DNA from: Polyangiaceae bacterium | GTDB lineage: Bacteria > Myxococcota_A > Polyangia > Polyangiales > Polyangiaceae | DNA length: 64,000 nucleotides | Reading direction: 5' to 3' | Assembly (NCBI GenBank): GCA_965222375.1 | Contig: CBDCTZ010000014.1 | Coordinates: 576,001 to 640,000, forward strand | Part shown: positions 58,915 to 64,000 of the stretch, piece after piece | Layout of the letters: every line of letters starts with the position of its first letter | Numbering within the stretch: the first letter of the stretch is position 1 | Notes under the pieces: generated by a model | The model's database searches: none | Told to the model about the DNA's origin: nothing | The model's input: the letters and a program-made list of their open reading frames with translations, nothing else | Made by a program: the position numbers and the translations under genes

Positions 58915-61005
58915 TCAGCCGCCCGGGTCCGCGCCCTCGCGACTAGGCCCAGGCGCGTCCTCTTGGCTCTGCGCCACGCCTTGCGCGGGGCGGCCCTGGG
59001 CGCGACTGACTTCCGGTGGGCAGCTGAGCAGCCGTGGCGCAAAACGGACTTTGCGCATGCTGCTGTCCTCACGGTGATAGGCGCGTTGTGCCCGCACTTG
59101 GGCGTGCAAGGTGCCTCGCATGGCCTCGGCAACCTTGATCTCGGTGGTTGCCAGATCTCTCTTCTCGCCCGGATCCGCCTCCAGGTTGAACAACCGCACG
59201 CGCTGCGCCGATCGATCCACGATGACCTTCCAGGGGTAGCAAACTAGGCCCTCCACGGTGCGAAGCCCTTGGATGTTCATGTACACGGGGCGCGGCGCTC
59301 GCTCGTTCTTCGCGAACACACTCTTGCCCTGATGGGCGGGGTGGGGCGGCGCGTCCAACAAGTCCAGAATCGTTGGCACGATATCCAGATGCGACACGGG
59401 GTCGAGGATCTCTCGAGCTTCCAGTCCTTTCGGCCAGTGCACGATCAAGGGTACGCGCGCTTCCGCATCGTACAGAGTCTTGCCGTGGGTCACGTTGCCA
59501 TGCTCGTGGAACAGTTCGCCGTGGTCTGACGTGATGATCCAGAGCGTGTCCTCGAGTTGCCGTGTAGCGTCCAGATACGCGTAGAGCCGGCCGATCTGTC
59601 GATCCACGTAGGCGAGGGCATTGTCGAAGCGGTTTTCAGCGACGTCCCGTTGGCCCTCCGGGTAGCGAAGGTAGTTGAACGTCCCGGGCTCTGGAACGTT
59701 TGGCGCATAGGGTTTCGCTTCGCCGGCAGGAATACGATACGGAAAGTGGGTCGCCTGGAAGGTCAACGACAGGGCCCAGGGCTTGGCGGTGTTGCGCCCC
59801 AGCCAACTGAGCGCACGATCCGTCGTCAGATGATCCGGAACTGCCAGCTCGCTGCCAATGTCGACGTGAGGGCCGGGATGGTCTGCCGCGTGCCAGCGGA
59901 AGATCGGCGTGCCGGTATTCTGAAAACGCAGCATGCCCTGCCAGCGCTCGTCCTGGCTGGAGATCGCTGCCGTCTCGTAGCCCAGCACGTGGGTCAAGTC
60001 GTGAAGCAGGACGCGCGGGTAGTCGAGGCGTTTGTACACATCCAGCCCCGGGCCCCGCCGTGGAAACAGGGAGGAACGCAGCGCCATTTGTGCGTAGTTG
60101 GAGTGGGTCGCAGTGGCCCAAACCCGCCGAAAGCGCAGTCCCGCCATGGCGATGCGATCCAGGTTGGGCGTCACTTTCCGGTGGCTGCCGGCGTAACCCA
60201 GGCGCCGTTCTGGGACCGACTCCAACAGCGTAAACAAGATCTTTGGCCGCGGGGACTTGCCCTTGGTGGCTCGAACCTTCCAATCCTCAGCGCTGGCGAT
60301 GGTGTCCCCCAACGCGGGCTGCCAAGCGGTGGCGTTGGAGTCGGACAGAGGCGGCATCAAGGAGGCCGCCAAGGAGAGCTCCGGACTCGCGGCTGCGATG
60401 TCTTCGACGAAAACCCCTGGGAGCAGCCCCACCCCCAAGGCAATCGCGGGTTTCCGAAGTCGCCGCGGCTCGCTGAGCTGCATCAAGCTCAGGTGCGCAC
60501 CCCAAGCGGCCCAGAGCCCCAGACCCAGGCAGACACTGATCACGACCGCCAAGGGTACCTTGAAGGTCTGAATGGCCGCTTCGAATAGATGCGCGTTACC
60601 GTTGAGACCAAACTCGATCGCAGCAAAGGATAGATAAGTGCCCGAGAGCGCGCGAAGCACCACCGAAGTCAGGTACACACCGACCCAGACGAACGAGAGC
60701 ACACCGAAGAAGACCGGGACCAAGTAGCGCAGGCGCCGATGCGAAATCAGTGGCGCGCACAGCAATGCGCCGACGGCGCCCAGTGCGGCACCCACTCCTG
60801 CACTCACGGCTACTGCGGCCAGGGCGCGTAGGACGGCCCCACAGGAATGGAGTGCGGGCCCCGGTTCCGGTCCGACCTGCAGCGCCAACTGATTGAGGGC
60901 GCCGAGCATGGCGCCGCCCACGCCTCCCGCGCGCGCGGAAAAGCTCATAAACTCAGGGATCCTGCTCCGAGAATCGTCGACGGGAGTTGAAGCTGGCGAT
61001 GGCAT
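58915..61005 (-). CDS. Membrane-anchored sulfatase/alkaline-phosphatase superfamily (LtaS-like) protein
   Basis: N-terminal TM helices; LLESV, TPNLD, ATHFPY, TSDHGE, RVPLIV, SHLDIVPT. Confidence 0.85.
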   Translation of the reverse strand: MPSPASTPVDDSRSRIPEFMSFSARAGGVGGAMLGALNQLALQVGPEPGPALHSCGAVLRALAAVAVSAGVGAALGAVGALLCAPLISHRRLRYLVPVFFGVLSFVWVGVYLTSVVLRALSGTYLSFAAIEFGLNGNAHLFEAAIQTFKVPLAVVISVCLGLGLWAAWGAHLSLMQLSEPRRLRKPAIALGVGLLPGVFVEDIAAASPELSLAASLMPPLSDSNATAWQPALGDTIASAEDWKVRATKGKSPRPKILFTLLESVPERRLGYAGSHRKVTPNLDRIAMAGLRFRRVWATATHSNYAQMALRSSLFPRRGPGLDVYKRLDYPRVLLHDLTHVLGYETAAISSQDERWQGMLRFQNTGTPIFRWHAADHPGPHVDIGSELAVPDHLTTDRALSWLGRNTAKPWALSLTFQATHFPYRIPAGEAKPYAPNVPEPGTFNYLRYPEGQRDVAENRFDNALAYVDRQIGRLYAYLDATRQLEDTLWIITSDHGELFHEHGNVTHGKTLYDAEARVPLIVHWPKGLEAREILDPVSHLDIVPTILDLLDAPPHPAHQGKSVFAKNERAPRPVYMNIQGLRTVEGLVCYPWKVIVDRSAQRVRLFNLEADPGEKRDLATTEIKVAEAMRGTLHAQVRAQRAYHREDSSMRKVRFAPRLLSCPPEVSRAQGRPAQGVAQSQEDAPGPSREGADPGG

Positions 61006-61085
61006 GGCGGGACGAAGGGTCGGCGCATGTATCGTATCAAGGCCCGCTCCGCCAGCCGAAAAACTGGCGGACGCCTAGCTGCGCC

Positions 61086-62243
61086 TCAGCGCCCGCCACG
61101 CTCGAGCAGGGAGCGCGCGATGACCAGGTACTGCACGTCTGTCGCGCCTTCGTAGATGCGCAAGGGGCGAACTGCACGATACAGCTGGTCCACGGTGCTT
61201 TGAGCTAGCACGCCGCGACCGCCGTGCAACTGCACGGCGCTGTCGACAATGCGCTGTGCCGCCTCGGTCGCAAAGAGCTTTGCCATGGCGCACTCCTCGC
61301 TGACCCTGGCTTTGCCCGAGTCCTTAGCATGCGCGGCCCGATACACGAGCAGGCGGGAGGCGGTCAGCTCGACCGCCATAGTGGCCAGCCGCGCCTGGAC
61401 CAGCTGCAGCTCTGACAGGGGCGCTCCGAATTGCTCGCGCGTCGAGACATGGCCCAGGGCTTCGTCCAAGGCCCGCTGCGCCATTCCGCACGCGGCAGCG
61501 CCCACGGTGGTGCGCAAGCTGTCTAGAGTTTGCATGCCCAGCTTGAAGCCGCCGCCCTCGTCACCCAGCCGTTGCTCGACCCCCACTCGGCAGCCGTCCA
61601 AAGACAGTCCCCCCAAGGGGTGCGGCGCCGACAGCACCTGGGCGCCGTCGAAGAGTAGGCCTGGAGCGTCCGCTGGCACCACGAAGCAGCTGATGCCCCG
61701 GTGGGCCGCGTCGGGGTCCGTAGACGCGAAGAGGGTGTAGAAATCCGCAATGCCCGCGTTGCTGATCAGGGTCTTTTTGCCTGTCAGTTCGTAGTGATCT
61801 CCTTTGCGGACCGCCCGGGTGGATAGCGCCGCCACGTCAGAGCCGGCTTCGGGCTCGGTCATCGCAAAGGCGGCCATCAAGCTACCCTCGGTTACTCCAG
61901 GCATGAGCCGCTGTTTGAGTTCGTCGCTGCCCGAGAGAGCAATGGGCATGGAGCCCAAAGCCTGCAGCGCAAACACTTCGTCCGCCAAGGGCGAGGCATG
62001 CGCGATGACCTCCCTGAGCAGGCAGCAGGCACGCAGATCGAGGGGGTGCACATAGGAGAGCAACTTGGCCTGGCCCATGGCGCGCAGAAAGCCGCGCGCC
62101 TGACTGCGGGCGTCCTGATCCCCCGTCGGCGCGGCAGCCGGCGCCAAGTGCTCATCCGCGAAGGCGCTGGCCCGCTCGGCCAGCTCCACGTGCGCGTCCG
62201 TCAGAAAGACACGGATGGGATCCAGCTCGACACGCAGGCTCAC
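61086..62243 (-). CDS. Acyl-CoA dehydrogenase
   Basis: FAMTEPEAGSD, GKKTLISNAG, QLHGGRG, RIYEGATDVQ; GTGA overlap. Confidence 0.93.
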   Translation of the reverse strand: MSLRVELDPIRVFLTDAHVELAERASAFADEHLAPAAAPTGDQDARSQARGFLRAMGQAKLLSYVHPLDLRACCLLREVIAHASPLADEVFALQALGSMPIALSGSDELKQRLMPGVTEGSLMAAFAMTEPEAGSDVAALSTRAVRKGDHYELTGKKTLISNAGIADFYTLFASTDPDAAHRGISCFVVPADAPGLLFDGAQVLSAPHPLGGLSLDGCRVGVEQRLGDEGGGFKLGMQTLDSLRTTVGAAACGMAQRALDEALGHVSTREQFGAPLSELQLVQARLATMAVELTASRLLVYRAAHAKDSGKARVSEECAMAKLFATEAAQRIVDSAVQLHGGRGVLAQSTVDQLYRAVRPLRIYEGATDVQYLVIARSLLERGGR

Positions 62244-63040
62244 TTGAACTTCGCCGGTCGCTTGGCCACGAAAGCCTCGTAGGCCTCCCGGAAGTCCGTG
62301 TGAGTCATGCACATCGCCTGCGCTTCGGCTTCGAGATCCAGCGCTGCGGGCAGGTCCATGTGCGCTTCTCGATTGAGCAACGTCTTCGTCATCTCGATGC
62401 CAAAGGCCGGACCTCGCGCGAGCTTCTCCGCAAACGCCGTGCCTTCTGCCAGGGCTTGGCCCTCGTCCACCACGCGGTTGTACAGCCCGATGCGATGCGC
62501 TTCCGCCGCGTCGATGAAGTCTCCGGTCATCAACAGCTCACTGGCGCGACCGAATCCGATCAGCTTTGGCAACAACCAAGCGATGCCCATGTCCGCGCCG
62601 GAAAGTCCGACTTTAGTGAATAAAAACGCTATTTTAGCCTTGGGGGCTGCAATCCGCACATCGGCCGCCGAGGCGATCACCGCGCCGGCTCCCGCTACGG
62701 TTCCATTCAGCGCCGCTACGATGGGACGCCGACAGCCGCGCATCGCTGAAATCAAGGAGCACGTCAGCCGCGTAAAATCCAACAATCCCACGCTGTCACG
62801 CTCGAACAGCTTGCCGATGATGTCCTCCACATCGCCGCCGGAACAGAACGCCCGCCCATTGCCGGTGATGACGATGGCGCGCACGCCGGGCTCCGTATCC
62901 AGCGCGAGGAAGGCGTCGCGAAGTTCCTGATAGACCTGAAAGGTGAGGGCGTTGAGGCGGTCTGCGCGATCCAAGGTGATGGTGAATACGCCCGTCTCGG
63001 CGTTCAACTCGTGACGAAAGCTCTCAGCGACGATTGCCAT
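62240..63040 (-). CDS. Enoyl-CoA hydratase family protein
   Basis: RLNALTF, AFCSGGDV, NGTVAGAG, GLSGADMG. Confidence 0.93.
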   Translation of the reverse strand: MAIVAESFRHELNAETGVFTITLDRADRLNALTFQVYQELRDAFLALDTEPGVRAIVITGNGRAFCSGGDVEDIIGKLFERDSVGLLDFTRLTCSLISAMRGCRRPIVAALNGTVAGAGAVIASAADVRIAAPKAKIAFLFTKVGLSGADMGIAWLLPKLIGFGRASELLMTGDFIDAAEAHRIGLYNRVVDEGQALAEGTAFAEKLARGPAFGIEMTKTLLNREAHMDLPAALDLEAEAQAMCMTHTDFREAYEAFVAKRPAKFK

Positions 63041-63050
63041 CTTGGTCTCC

Positions 63051-63458
63051 TCAGGCTGGCGGCAGCATGGCCGTTGCCTCGATCTCCACCTTGGCGCCTT
63101 CCTCCAACAGGGCTTTGATCTCGATCAACGCCATGGCGGGGAAGTGTTTTCCCATGTGCTTGCGATACTCCTCGCCAACGCGTTTGTGATCGCGGATGTA
63201 CTCCTCGATGGGGTTGACGAAGATGGTTAGCCGCGCCAGGTGCTCTGCTTTGCCGCCGGCGGCTTCGACGATGGCGACGACGTTGGCCAAGGCTTGACCG
63301 AATTGAGTGGCAAAATCGTCGCTCACGATTTCTTGTTTCTCATTCCACGCGACTTGGCCGGCGACGCACAGGGTTCGCGAGCCCGCTGGGGCCAGCATTC
63401 CATTGGAATAGCCCCGGGGTTTGCCCAAGGCGGGTGGGTTGATGATCTCCAGGCTCAT
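63051..63458 (-). CDS. RidA/YjgF family protein
   Basis: PRGYSNG, VAGQVAW, FPAMAL, VEIEATA. Confidence 0.92.
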   Translation of the reverse strand: MSLEIINPPALGKPRGYSNGMLAPAGSRTLCVAGQVAWNEKQEIVSDDFATQFGQALANVVAIVEAAGGKAEHLARLTIFVNPIEEYIRDHKRVGEEYRKHMGKHFPAMALIEIKALLEEGAKVEIEATAMLPPA

Positions 63459-64000
63459 GCCAATAACCCTCCTCCATCGATCACGATGGCTTGTCCGTTG
63501 ATTCCGCCCGATAGAGGGGCGCAGAGATTTGCGATCAAGAACGCGACCTCTTCAGGTTTGATCAGCCGCGTCTGGTTTGCGGTCTCCAAGATCGCGGAGA
63601 GGGCCTTGTCGTCGGAGAGTCCGGTCTTGCCAACGACGCGCTGCACGGAGCCTGCAGTCATGTCCGTGTCCACGTAGCCTGGGCACACCGCATTCACGGT
63701 CACGCCCTTTTTGGCGTATTCGGCTGCCGCTACCCGGGTGAATCCGAGCAGGGCGTGTTTCGAGGCCGTGTAGGCCGCAATGTAGGGCGCGCCCATGCGC
63801 GATGTGATCGAAGCGACATTGACGATGCGCCCAAAGCCCCGCTCTGCCATCGGTGTCAGCACCGCCTGCGCGCACAAGAACGGGCCCGTCGCATTGACCG
63901 CCAGGACCTTGTTCCACTCTTCCAAGCTCTGGTGCTTGATGGCAGCTGAGGTCGCAATGCCGGCGTTGTTGACCAGAATGTCGACCTTGCCCAGGGTCGC
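63455..64000 (-). CDS. SDR family oxidoreductase (5' truncated by window edge)
   Basis: DILVNNAGI, YTASKHA (YxxxK), VNAVCPGYVDT. Confidence 0.92.
   Translation of the reverse strand, partial: ATLGKVDILVNNAGIATSAAIKHQSLEEWNKVLAVNATGPFLCAQAVLTPMAERGFGRIVNVASITSRMGAPYIAAYTASKHALLGFTRVAAAEYAKKGVTVNAVCPGYVDTDMTAGSVQRVVGKTGLSDDKALSAILETANQTRLIKPEEVAFLIANLCAPLSGGINGQAIVIDGGGLLA

Larger units (their letters stand above)
53190..58927. mobile_element. Putative ~5.7 kb genomic island bounded by 13-bp direct repeats
   Basis: TCAGCCGCCCGGG at 53190-53202 and 58915-58927; the right copy contains the sulfatase stop codon; no integrase inside. Confidence 0.55.

Overview
GC-rich, gene-dense bacterial DNA with about 47 coding regions. 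The gene content (eukaryote-like Ser/Thr kinases, Cys-rich lipoproteins, DUF4388- and DUF2330-like proteins) suggests Myxococcota, probably Polyangia; this is inferred from protein families only. No tRNA, rRNA, CRISPR array, integrase or transposase was recognised. Main observations: (1) a ~5.7 kb island (53190-58927) bounded by a 13-bp direct repeat that includes the stop codon of a neighbouring gene. It carries a thermolysin-like M4 protease, two paralogous lipoproteins with a variable centre and near-identical 3' ends, and between them an orphan alternative protease C-terminal tip. The layout resembles polymorphic effector/orphan-immunity cassettes. (2) A zinc-finger-fused bacterial histone (ZZ-histone type, 35700-36224) at the end of an apparent operon with a kinase-HEAT protein and a degenerate HD-GYP/DUF4388 protein. 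(3) Unusual Cys-motif repeat proteins (PxVCL x4; CSGD[ST] x6). (4) Several frameshifted or junction-broken genes, which are either true decay or assembly errors. (5) Part of an Abm-like aromatic-acid CoA catabolic cluster at the right edge.
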